DNA of 64,000 bases, from contig OY761556.1 in assembly GCA_963664705.1 (NCBI GenBank), positions 1,632,001-1,696,000 of the forward strand. The letters run 5' to 3'. The position numbers and the translations under genes were made by a program. This document shows positions 1-9,396 of the stretch, piece after piece. The notes beneath the pieces are model-generated. The model worked only from the letters and a program-made list of their open reading frames with translations. It made no database searches and was not told the origin of the DNA. The stretch comes from Acidobacteriota bacterium (lineage in GTDB: Bacteria; Acidobacteriota; UBA6911). Position 1 is the stretch's first letter. The number at the start of each line of letters is the position of its first letter.

Positions 1-613
1 CCTCTGAATCGTCCGGATATAAAGCTTTCTCCCAGAGAGAAATGTGCGGCTCGATTTCTCCCGGGACATACCCAAACAGGCGAAACCATTGATCATTCAC
101 CTTCACGGCACTGGTTTCGATATTCCAGTCAAAAAGGGCCTGGTTGCTGGCATCGAGCGCAAAGCGCAGTTGCTCTTCGCTTTCCCGAAGCAATAGTTCC
201 GTTCGCCTGCGTTCCGTAATGTCGGTAAACGAAGTGATAACCAAAAAGGGCCGGCTCCCATTATTTTCAAAAACCGGCTCGGCATTCATGCTGATCCATT
301 TTTCGGAGTCATCCGGAAGATGCAACCCCATGATAACGTTGCGGCAGGGTATTCCTGTTTGAAGGCTTACCATTGCCGGGTGCTCCATGGAAGGGAAGGG
401 GGTTCCATCCTCCCGCGTGGACTTCCCTTCGGCATCAAAGGTATCTCTGCCCAGCATTTGGTCGCGCGTCAAACCGAGAATTCTTTCCGCGGCCCTGTTG
501 CAATCAATGATCATGCCGTCAGAAGAATGGAGAATGACTCCCTCCGCCATCGAGGCCAGGATGGATCGAGGGATTGCATCCAGCACGGATTTCAGTTTTT
601 GTTTTAGGGCCAT
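1..613 (-). CDS. PAS-domain sensor protein, N-terminal part (runs off left edge)
   Basis: Not in ORF track. Manual translation from ATG at 613 stays open to position 1: MALKQKLKSVL...EGVILHSSDGMIIDCNRAAERILG...WISMNAEP...FTDITERRRTELLLRESEEQLRFALDASNQALFDWNIE (PAS/PAC followed by a second PAS). Confidence 0.85.
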   Translation of the reverse strand, partial: MALKQKLKSVLDAIPRSILASMAEGVILHSSDGMIIDCNRAAERILGLTRDQMLGRDTFDAEGKSTREDGTPFPSMEHPAMVSLQTGIPCRNVIMGLHLPDDSEKWISMNAEPVFENNGSRPFLVITSFTDITERRRTELLLRESEEQLRFALDASNQALFDWNIETSAVKVNDQWFRLFGYVPGEIEPHISLWEKALYPDDSE

Positions 614-830
614 GTTGCATCCTGGAATATAGGATCGGTTTTGAATACACCTATCCTATATAAGTAGACTGATCCCGTTGCGGGAACGCTCCAATGCATA
701 CACCTTTGACTCATAGGTCATAGGATGTGTTTAATACGCGCGAGCAATGCAGGAAAAATCCTATTCCTGAAATGAACTTATGAGTCGGGAAGCATCCTAC
801 TCCATTTGCGCGACTAATGCACGCATAAGT

Positions 831-848
831 GTGTCATAAGTATGACAC
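831..848. promoter_or_regulatory. Perfect 8-bp inverted repeat, candidate transcription-factor operator
   Basis: GTGTCATA-AG-TATGACAC, ~220 bp upstream of the PAS gene start. Confidence 0.3.
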
Positions 849-1016
849 GATGCTAGAACGTAAGGGGATCCTGCGGGAGAACCGCCATTGGAGCCATTTG
901 GCCTGCGAAATGCCCAATCCCGCATATTTTATTTCTCTGCGTTTTGAGGACAGCATCCTCGTGAAGCAGATATCGAGGGCGGGCGATCCCGCCCCCGATT
1001 GGAGAAAATCAACCTA

Positions 1017-4000
1017 TCACATGTGGTTGATAATGTAGTTGGCATCGGCAATCAAGATATCGGCTGCCTGGGCAGTAATAGCTTTTCCTCTTTGAGCTAG
1101 AACCGCGTTAATAAAACTGAGCAACTGGTTCTTGGCCGTTTTTGTTTTGCCCGAATCAAAGGAGGCTTTGGCGGCATTGAGTTGCTGGAGAAGGTTATCT
1201 TTCAAGTCCTTCTTGCTGATTTTCCCTTCAGTGTAGAACTTGTTTACAAGAGCGATCAGGCTCTGGAAGCTATCGATAACCTGGAAAGTGACGGTTTGGG
1301 TCGCTGAATTGCCATAGTAATCCGTGGCGATGACCAGCACTGTGTGAGAACCGACGGACAGGTTATACAATTCCATTGTCTGTCCGTTGGAAATCGCTGT
1401 CCCATCCAGTGTGGCCACAAGGCTCTTTACGCGGGAAGGGGGTGCGAAGCCAGGGGTGGTGCCGCCGGCGCCGTCCACGGCAGAGAAACTAAAGGTCATC
1501 GAATCCGAATGCATATAGTTGGTTGCGGCCGGAACATTGATGGAGACTATCGGTGCGACCGTATCCCCATAGAGCAACCGGCCTTCGACCTTTGGCGAGA
1601 TGGTTCCCTTGGCGGTGATGTAATCGATCGCAGCATCGCGCACATAATATTGTGTGTCGTGGACGATTTGATTTAGAGGCCATAGACTGACACCGCCATC
1701 GTTGAAGTTGCAATTGCCGGCGGCCAGGTCACTAATGGTCGATATATTGTAGTACTTGCTGCTGTCGGTGAAGTTCACCGGATTTCCGTTTATGAGCAAA
1801 GCAACGACATTGTTGCCGTCAGGCAGCGCCGGGCTTGTGTCTTTGTAATAAACACGGGCAACTGAATTTGGCACAGGCGTACACATCGTATAATAGGCAT
1901 ACCCGCCGTACCCGGGCACATACTTGTAGTAATAATAATTTCTATAGGCGCGTTCCAGGACAGCCTTGAGCTGAGGCCCGTTCATTTTGATGACAACGAG
2001 AGAATCCTCATAGGGCATGCCTGCAAACATATCCGATATCTTAAGGCTCACGGGAGCGGCTACTGTCGCACCGGAGGCCATGAGCTTGTTTGTCATGGCG
2101 CCGGCGAGATGGACATCGACATCGGTGATTCCATGCTGCGCCAATTCCCAGACGGACGAATCCGCCTGAAGGGTGGCTCCATTGGTCTCTTCCGTGAAAC
2201 CATTCAGCGTGTCGATCGGCTCGGTCGTTTTCCCGACTACCTTGTTGTTATAGGCATTCAGTTGGGCAACATAGGGATCCACGATGGCCTTGGTGGCTGC
2301 ATCCTCGGGAGTGAACGAGTTGACCGAGAAATACTGGCCGGTGGCCGAAACAACTTCGTATCCTCCACCCGTTTTAGGCCGAACGCCGAGGACCACTTCA
2401 CCCAGGCTGTTGTTATAGCGATACGCCTGGTTTACCAGAACAGGCGTGTCATTCGGACTTTCAACGATGGTCGGGAGAAACTTATAGGGAGCTTCCGGGC
2501 TGGCCGGATTGCTGTGGCTGTGGCCGCCGATAATGGCATCAAGCCCGTGAACCTGGGCCGCCATTGCCGTATCAACATTAGCGTCAACCTCAACGCTTTT
2601 CGGATTTGTCGTGAAGCCGATATGAGTCAGCGCCACGACAACATCGTCCTGAGCTTTCAACTGAGTTGCATATTGCTGGGCTACAGTCAGCGGATTGCCG
2701 AATGTCAAGCCAACGATGTTACTGGGCAGTTCAAAATTGGGCACGCGATGGTTTGTAATGCCCAAGACGGCAACCTTTATGCCCCCGAGGTCCTTCTCAA
2801 TATAAGGGAGTACTCCTGCTCCGCCGTTGGCGACGGAAAGCCCGTAGCTGCCATTGTCCGCCACGTTGGCTCCTAAAATCGGGAATTGGGATTGGGCGAG
2901 AATACCTTTGAAGACATCCGCCCCAAAATTGAACTCGTGGTTGCCCAGGACCATGGCGTCATAATCCAGTGCATTCATGACGGCCATCATTGGATGGGTT
3001 TTCAAGGCATCCGGAAGGGGAGTCCCATCCGCCGCAAACCCGGTGGGAGCGGTTTTGAAATAGTACATCATTGCATCACCCTGAATCTGGTCGCCGGCAT
3101 TCAGCAGCAGAGTACGCGTCGGATTATGAGCCCGTTCCTGTTTTATCAAACTGGCTAACTGCGTATAGCCAACGTAGGTTCCTTTTGCCAGGCTGCCATG
3201 GGAATCGTTGTGATGCAGGATTGTTATGGGTCTGATGGTTCCGCTGTCCAGCGCGTCCCCACCATCCCGAATGATTCTGTCGTCCAGAGTTCCATCGCCG
3301 TTAGGTCCCCGGTATGCGGCAGCCGGCGAGCCGTGATGAGCGGAAACATAGGCATCGACGGCATTCAGCATGTCGCCCCAATAGGTGATATTGGTCATGT
3401 ACTTGAATGCGGCATATCCATCTCCCCCGGCCGGCGCCAGAAATTCGTTGGTGCCGACGCTATAGGTTTTTGCCATATCCAGGGGATCGCATGCATGCGT
3501 GGCCTTATTGACAACGCAATAATCAAAGGCTCCCCAGGCATAGGGCTGCGGCTCAGAATCCTTGTAGCCGTAATATTTATATTTGAGCCCGGCCGGTTGG
3601 ATGACTCCATTACTGACCATGGGAGCCTGGTTGAGAACCTGCAGAATCTGCGCGCCCGTCATTTGGCCGACGACCGTAGCGTTGCCGAATGGAAGGATCA
3701 TGAACATATTCCCGTAGGTCAGGAGCGCGGGATCATGCGTCCCGGATGCGCAGCCTGAACTCATCCACGCAGTCCCGTTCCAGCACCAATCCGTCCGAAT
3801 TCCTCCTGCATTGTTAAAGAAGATGTCGACATCGTTGCCAGGATCCGTATCCGTATTCAGATAGTTATAGATGGCATCATCGACAAAAGCGGCCATCATA
3901 TTGTCGACTGTTCCACCCTTCCGCGCCAGGTCGACCGCAGAATAGCCGATGGGCTGGTTCACGAGCGAGAGATACGACGGATCCGTGGCATAAGCGTCGA

Positions 4001-4961
4001 TGACACTCTTTACATCGGGATCTTCTGGGCCTGTTGTACTGACCGTGAGCTTCTGCCAGGCCACCGTCACCGCCTTGGTGGCCGGATCAAAAGTCAGATC
4101 GGCGCGGCCGACTTGCCTGCCGTTGTAGTAAGCCTGAGCAATTGTCGTAACGCCATGGATTACAGGCGCTGGTATGGAGACATTTGTGTGGCTGTGCCCG
4201 CCGATGATGAGCGGAACAGGCTTCCCGGCCTGGTACAGCTTTTCGGCCAGAGTCTGATCCCCGTAGACAGGTATCCCATAGCCATAGCCTCCGTCGGTGA
4301 ATCCGATATGGCTTAGAACCACGATGACATCGGCACCGGCTTTTACTGTGTCGTAGTAATGAACAATGGAATCGGCAGGATCCTTGAAACACAATCCCTG
4401 GGTTGCCGAGGCAGTGGTGATGATCGGCGTCTCCGTGGTGCTGACTCCGATAAAGGCCACGTTTATTCCGGCCACCGATCGGATTTCGTACGGTTTTGTG
4501 AAAGCTGGCGCGGTCCACCCGGCTGTGGCGCAGCTTCCCGTGTCATTGACAACAATATTGGCGGCAATGAATGGGAAGGTTGCCTGGGCCGCGCGATCCG
4601 TGAGTATGCTCTGCCCCCAGTCAAATTCATGGTTCCCGAGGGTGGATACGTTGTAGCCCATTTTATTGAATGCAGCAATCGTGGGAACTCCCTTTTGCAG
4701 ATTTGAGAGCATGGAGCCTTGCATTCCGTCTCCGGCATCTGCGAGAAGAACATTGCCGGCTCCGACCGATGAGCGCACGCCATTCACGACGGCAGCAACG
4801 CGCGCCAAACCCGGGTTGCTGCCCGATGCCTGCAGCTGGCCATGAAAATCATTGGTGTGTAGAATTGTAAAAGATACGGTCCCTGCTGAATAGGAGGCAG
4901 GGACGGCCAGAACGCTCAATATCAGAAGCAACAAAAGCAGTTTCGATGGCTTATTAGGCAT
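1017..4961 (-). CDS. Secreted tandem 5'-nucleotidase/metallophosphoesterase (two UshA-like modules) with Ig-like and FIMAH-like C-terminus
   Basis: Signal peptide. Motifs HTNDFHG / DAGD / GNHEFD / GGHSH occur again as HHNDSHG / NAGD / GNHEFN / GGHSH. Helical tail ...AKNQLLSFINAVLAQRGKAITAQAADILIADANYI. Confidence 0.9.
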   Translation of the reverse strand: MPNKPSKLLLLLLILSVLAVPASYSAGTVSFTILHTNDFHGQLQASGSNPGLARVAAVVNGVRSSVGAGNVLLADAGDGMQGSMLSNLQKGVPTIAAFNKMGYNVSTLGNHEFDWGQSILTDRAAQATFPFIAANIVVNDTGSCATAGWTAPAFTKPYEIRSVAGINVAFIGVSTTETPIITTASATQGLCFKDPADSIVHYYDTVKAGADVIVVLSHIGFTDGGYGYGIPVYGDQTLAEKLYQAGKPVPLIIGGHSHTNVSIPAPVIHGVTTIAQAYYNGRQVGRADLTFDPATKAVTVAWQKLTVSTTGPEDPDVKSVIDAYATDPSYLSLVNQPIGYSAVDLARKGGTVDNMMAAFVDDAIYNYLNTDTDPGNDVDIFFNNAGGIRTDWCWNGTAWMSSGCASGTHDPALLTYGNMFMILPFGNATVVGQMTGAQILQVLNQAPMVSNGVIQPAGLKYKYYGYKDSEPQPYAWGAFDYCVVNKATHACDPLDMAKTYSVGTNEFLAPAGGDGYAAFKYMTNITYWGDMLNAVDAYVSAHHGSPAAAYRGPNGDGTLDDRIIRDGGDALDSGTIRPITILHHNDSHGSLAKGTYVGYTQLASLIKQERAHNPTRTLLLNAGDQIQGDAMMYYFKTAPTGFAADGTPLPDALKTHPMMAVMNALDYDAMVLGNHEFNFGADVFKGILAQSQFPILGANVADNGSYGLSVANGGAGVLPYIEKDLGGIKVAVLGITNHRVPNFELPSNIVGLTFGNPLTVAQQYATQLKAQDDVVVALTHIGFTTNPKSVEVDANVDTAMAAQVHGLDAIIGGHSHSNPASPEAPYKFLPTIVESPNDTPVLVNQAYRYNNSLGEVVLGVRPKTGGGYEVVSATGQYFSVNSFTPEDAATKAIVDPYVAQLNAYNNKVVGKTTEPIDTLNGFTEETNGATLQADSSVWELAQHGITDVDVHLAGAMTNKLMASGATVAAPVSLKISDMFAGMPYEDSLVVIKMNGPQLKAVLERAYRNYYYYKYVPGYGGYAYYTMCTPVPNSVARVYYKDTSPALPDGNNVVALLINGNPVNFTDSSKYYNISTISDLAAGNCNFNDGGVSLWPLNQIVHDTQYYVRDAAIDYITAKGTISPKVEGRLLYGDTVAPIVSINVPAATNYMHSDSMTFSFSAVDGAGGTTPGFAPPSRVKSLVATLDGTAISNGQTMELYNLSVGSHTVLVIATDYYGNSATQTVTFQVIDSFQSLIALVNKFYTEGKISKKDLKDNLLQQLNAAKASFDSGKTKTAKNQLLSFINAVLAQRGKAITAQAADILIADANYIINHM

Positions 4962-5470
4962 AGCTTTTCTCCATTCTGGATAGTGTGCGCGCGTGGTTTT
5001 GGGGACAAATCGCTACCGGACATTTTCCGGCCGTTCGAAATCGTGAAATGCCATTCCTCAGCCAAGGCATATGCGACCGCCCTGAGGTAGCGGAAATCTA
5101 TTTCCTGTATGAAAGCGAAATTGTAGCTATCGAATACGCAAGCAATTAAGGAACCTACACGGGTCGAAAGCAGGGTTGCATCGGTAAGCGATTACATTAG
5201 AAGGTCTTAACGCATTATAAATAAGTATAAGAGGAACTCATTGTTGCCTGGTTTTGTAAAGAAGATCGACAGGCGCAGATGAAGAGATGGGACAACAAAG
5301 CGTTAAGTTGTTGGGTGTCAACAAGATCGTTTGGGCTGTGTGAAATGTAATGAGCAGCGACAGTTGGTTTACATTTTTTGCCGCTTGTTTATGAAGCGGC
5401 GCTGCTGGTGCGATCGGGAGATTATGTGCTCGACTTGACAATACCTCGCTCATCAATATGATTGGCAGGC

Positions 5471-6982
5471 ATGATCCTGATAAACCCTCCCATCTCAAAA
5501 CCGTGCGAACCTCCGGCCGGCCTTGCCAGGCTTGTGGGAGCCGTCGGAGGTCCCAATCGATCCTTATCTGCTATCGATGCAAATCTGGACGGCATTCTAC
5601 GCGCCCTCAGTGAACCTGTCCGCGCCACTGATACCTGGACTCGTCGCGCCGCCAAAAATCTTCAGCCGAACCTCGATTACGTGCGCAGCGCCAAACAGAG
5701 ATGGGCCATCAGCAAATATACGAGAGCGGTAATGGATATCCATCGCGTTCTGGCCAAATCCACTGAATCGGCTGGTACGCGAGTGAGCCTCAGCGATTAC
5801 CAGGACGATACATTATCCCCGGTCAGGAGCAGCGATCTATTGCGAGCTGCGGAGTATCCGGAGAAAAATCCCTTTTATCCTTATTTTCCGAATTGGCTAA
5901 TCCCGGGTTCATCGGCAGAGCAGGATCAGTACGTTGGAATTTCGCTAAATTACCTAAGCCAGGCGCTGACTGCTTTTTCCATGATGGGGCATATACGGAA
6001 GCGGAATCCCATGGCCAAAATCATTTTGGGCGGGGGGCTGGTCACATCCTGGCTGAAGCGACCGGAATGGCGGAATCCTTTTGAGGGCCTGATCGATGCT
6101 ATCGTGGCAGGCCCGGGCGAGTCTTACCTGCGGACGCTGTTTGGCATGGATGCATGCGAACGACACACAAGGCCGAGGTATGACCTGTTTCCGCTGGACC
6201 GGTATTTTTCTCCTGGGCTAATTCTTCCCTATAGCGCCTCCAGTGGATGCTATTGGCGAAAATGCCTCTTTTGCCCGGAGATGGCGGAAGGTAATTGCTA
6301 TGTGCCGCTATCGGTCGATAGCGTTCTGGATGATCTTTCCGCGCTGATCGAGACTCATCGCCCGGTCATGGTGCATTTTCTGGATAATGCCATGAGCCCG
6401 GCCTTATTGAAGGGGTTGATTACCAGGCCGCTGAATACACCGTGGTATGGATTTGCGCGCATGACAGATCATTTTAAAGATCCCGGTTTTTGCTTTGAAT
6501 TGAAAAAGTCGGGATGTGTCATGCTGAAAATTGGAATTGAGTCGGGGGATCAGGGAGTATTGGATAACCTGCAGAAGGGAATTGACCTCGAGACGGCGTC
6601 CGTTTCCCTGCACAACATCAAAAGGGCCGGTATCGGTACTTATTTGTATTTTCTCTTCGGGACACCGGCCGAAGGACGCTCGGAGGCAATCCATACGCTG
6701 GATTTTGTGCAAAAGCACAGCAGGGTAATTGACTTTCTGAATCTCGCTATCTTCAACATGCCTACCAATGGCCCCGGAATCGAGAGATTCAATGTTCAAA
6801 AGATCTACGAAGGGGATTTATCCCTTTATTCAAATTTTGAACATCCAAAAGGATGGAATCGGGACAAAGTTAGGTCCTTCGTGGAAAGTGAATTCAAAAC
6901 GGATCCTGCCGTGCGGAGCATTATTCAGAGGAATCCGCCTTTTTTTACATCCAATCATGCGGCGTTTTTTCTGAACGGTTGA
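5471..6982 (+). CDS. B12-binding radical SAM protein
   Basis: GCYWRKCLFC (CxxxCxxC), VGISL...IILGG cobalamin-binding-like segment, GIESG motif; ATG at 5471 preferred as start. Confidence 0.85.
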   Translation: MILINPPISKPCEPPAGLARLVGAVGGPNRSLSAIDANLDGILRALSEPVRATDTWTRRAAKNLQPNLDYVRSAKQRWAISKYTRAVMDIHRVLAKSTESAGTRVSLSDYQDDTLSPVRSSDLLRAAEYPEKNPFYPYFPNWLIPGSSAEQDQYVGISLNYLSQALTAFSMMGHIRKRNPMAKIILGGGLVTSWLKRPEWRNPFEGLIDAIVAGPGESYLRTLFGMDACERHTRPRYDLFPLDRYFSPGLILPYSASSGCYWRKCLFCPEMAEGNCYVPLSVDSVLDDLSALIETHRPVMVHFLDNAMSPALLKGLITRPLNTPWYGFARMTDHFKDPGFCFELKKSGCVMLKIGIESGDQGVLDNLQKGIDLETASVSLHNIKRAGIGTYLYFLFGTPAEGRSEAIHTLDFVQKHSRVIDFLNLAIFNMPTNGPGIERFNVQKIYEGDLSLYSNFEHPKGWNRDKVRSFVESEFKTDPAVRSIIQRNPPFFTSNHAAFFLNG

Positions 6983-7056
6983 GTGCATGAGCGGGCAGAC
7001 AGACTGCTCCGCCCCTGCCAGGCAAAATCAATGCGGTGATTTAGGGAGCGAACAGT

Positions 7057-7281
7057 ATGGAGCAAGAGAACGACGAGAGTATTCAAATCAAGCTCGAATC
7101 CAAGATTGCTTTCCAGGAGAAGGCCATTGCGGATCTCAACGACGCTTTGATCAGCCAGACTCGGGCGATGATCGATCTGCAGCGACGTGTGGAGTCGCTC
7201 GAGAGAATGGTGCGCGGAATGAACCAGCGTCTTGAGGAGAAGATGGATCCGCTGCCTTATGAGAAGCCGCCGCACTACTGA
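7057..7281 (+). CDS. slyX: SlyX family protein
   Basis: LESKIAFQEKAIADLNDAL...EKPPHY signature. Confidence 0.9.
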   Translation: MEQENDESIQIKLESKIAFQEKAIADLNDALISQTRAMIDLQRRVESLERMVRGMNQRLEEKMDPLPYEKPPHY

Positions 7282-7314
7282 TCGGATAGCCGCCGCCATC
7301 AGGGCTCATTTGCA

Positions 7315-8322
7315 TTAATCGCCCTGAGGTTTTCGTGGTGCTGCAATGACAACTGATCCGCAAGTATCGGGGATGGGAACCATAACCTCGGGCCTGCCTT
7401 TCATGAATGTGTCGACAGCATTTCTTGCTCCCAGTCGCGAATTGTAATCATGAACCACAATTCTTCCGCCGGGTGAAAGCCGCGGCAGAAAAAAGGCCAG
7501 ACCTTCATAGGTCGGCTCATACAGATCTGCATCCAGATGAACAAAGGCGAATGATTCTCCCTTCAGTTCGGGAGGGATTGTGTCTGGAAAGTATCCCCTG
7601 TGGAATAGGACATTATCGGAGAGAGGCTCAATAACGCGGCGTGCCAAATCAATGGATGTGTTATTGAAATCATCTTTGGAAACAATGGAGCCGGTAAGCT
7701 TCTGTTCTGCTTCAGCACCGCGGGCGGAGAAGCCCTCAAATGTGTCGAACAGGTGCAAGGGCCGATCCGGCGCATAGTGGTGCATGATTCTTGCCGTTTC
7801 TCCCATATAGACTCCCACTTCGGCAAATCGCCCGGGAACCGCGTCCTCCACGATGCAGCGCAATTGGAGCCACAGCATCAGTTGCCGCGTGCGGTCAAAG
7901 GGTGCATAGAAGGGAAATTCCGGCGGATTTGAGCCGGCACGACACTTAGGAAGGAGCCCTCCGGTAGCCTCTACCACGTCGGCTTTGTATCGATGAGCGC
8001 CTGGCTGGATATCCATCTTCCATTGAAGGAAAAAGGGAAAATCCCGATTCAGCAGCCTTGCCATGGGAACGCTATGGAACGGCCCTATTTTCAGGATGGA
8101 ATCGCGCACCTCCACGGCCTGTGTCATGACGCATATCAGAATCAGGGTGTCTTCGGGGTTCAGGCTGCCGAGAACCTTCTTGGGATCTTCGATTACCAGA
8201 CCATTTTTGGTTTTCCCCCATTTGGCAGGGTCCGAATCCACCAGTCGATCAATAACCCCATCGAGTGGGTAGTGAATGATCTGATCCAAAGCAACGCCGG
8301 CACCCCATGCGACAATATTCAT
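7315..8322 (-). CDS. TylF/MycF (macrocin O-methyltransferase) family protein with N-terminal Rossmann-like extension
   Basis: PGRFAEVGVYMG, LFDTFEGF, GYFPDT, VHLDADLYEPT, HDY. Confidence 0.85.
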   Translation of the reverse strand: MNIVAWGAGVALDQIIHYPLDGVIDRLVDSDPAKWGKTKNGLVIEDPKKVLGSLNPEDTLILICVMTQAVEVRDSILKIGPFHSVPMARLLNRDFPFFLQWKMDIQPGAHRYKADVVEATGGLLPKCRAGSNPPEFPFYAPFDRTRQLMLWLQLRCIVEDAVPGRFAEVGVYMGETARIMHHYAPDRPLHLFDTFEGFSARGAEAEQKLTGSIVSKDDFNNTSIDLARRVIEPLSDNVLFHRGYFPDTIPPELKGESFAFVHLDADLYEPTYEGLAFFLPRLSPGGRIVVHDYNSRLGARNAVDTFMKGRPEVMVPIPDTCGSVVIAAPRKPQGD

Positions 8323-8679
8323 AGACTCTCCGTTGAAGGGGCTCTATTAGTCATTCATTGAGTAATTCAGCCCCATGCTTGTACCCTGCCTTTCTATAAG
8401 CAGTTCGTCAGAAACGGTTATATTCGTTAGAGATTTCCTGAATTCAGGATTTGCCGGGCAGGAGTGGGGGATGGCAACAATCACTCAGTGAACGAGAGAA
8501 ATCGGGCGAAATTTTGCCGAATTTGCCCGATATGCCAGTGTTGCCGCCCTCTTGGAGTCGCCGGTTTCCGCAGGGCACGAATCCGAACGTCCGGACGCTG
8601 CCGGAATCATGTTCTTTCAGAATTGAATTTACTGTAACATCGCCCTAATCGCATTTAACCTCGCCTCAAGGAGGCCGCT

Positions 8680-9345
8680 ATGGCAGGCAAAGCTCTTTCC
8701 GGTTGGTACGATATTTCTGTTCCGCTCAAACAAGGGATGAATTATTTGCCCATCGATCCTGTGGCGCCCAAAATATACCGATTCAGCGATGTTGATCTCG
8801 GTGCGAAGGTTACCATGTCCATGCTGGAAATAATTTCTCATACCGGCACGCACATTGATGCGCCGCGCCATTTTATACCCGGCGGGTCGACGATCTCGGA
8901 TATGCCCCTGGATGCAACCATCGGGCGGGCGCGCGTTATCGACATCAAAGATCCACAATCCATTAAAGTGGCAGAGCTGAAGAAGCACAACATAAGGAAG
9001 GGTGAGCGTATCCTCTGCAAAACGCGGAACTCGCCGATTGTTTACGAATCGCCGAAATTCGTGGAAGACTATGTTTACCTGGATTCTGATGCGGCCACCT
9101 ATCTTGCGGAAAGGAAGATCATTCTTTTCGGCCTGGACTGCATCACCATCGGGGATATTCGCAATGAAGAAAGTGTGATGAAAACCCATCAAACTCTGCT
9201 TCAGGCCGGAATCTATATTCTGGAGGATTGTGCATTGGGAGGCGTGCCTGCCGGAGAATATGAGCTGCTATGTCTGCCTCTGTTGATGTATAAGGGAGAT
9301 GCAGGACCATGCCGGGCGATACTTCGCCCCCTGGATTCCAAGTAG
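8680..9345 (+). CDS. Cyclase / kynurenine formamidase family metal-dependent hydrolase
   Basis: HTGTHIDAPRH motif, H..LL......E, C-terminal G.AGPCRA. Confidence 0.9.
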   Translation: MAGKALSGWYDISVPLKQGMNYLPIDPVAPKIYRFSDVDLGAKVTMSMLEIISHTGTHIDAPRHFIPGGSTISDMPLDATIGRARVIDIKDPQSIKVAELKKHNIRKGERILCKTRNSPIVYESPKFVEDYVYLDSDAATYLAERKIILFGLDCITIGDIRNEESVMKTHQTLLQAGIYILEDCALGGVPAGEYELLCLPLLMYKGDAGPCRAILRPLDSK

Positions 9346-9396
9346 ACAAGTAAAACCGGCGGTTTGAACAGGGTTGGAAAGATAGGGAGAATAGGG

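Noticed and set aside
4962-5460. Riboswitch or ncRNA upstream of the nucleotidase
   Set aside because: Only short hairpins (e.g. CCTCAG...CTGAGG) and AT-rich promoter-like sequence; no recognisable conserved motif.
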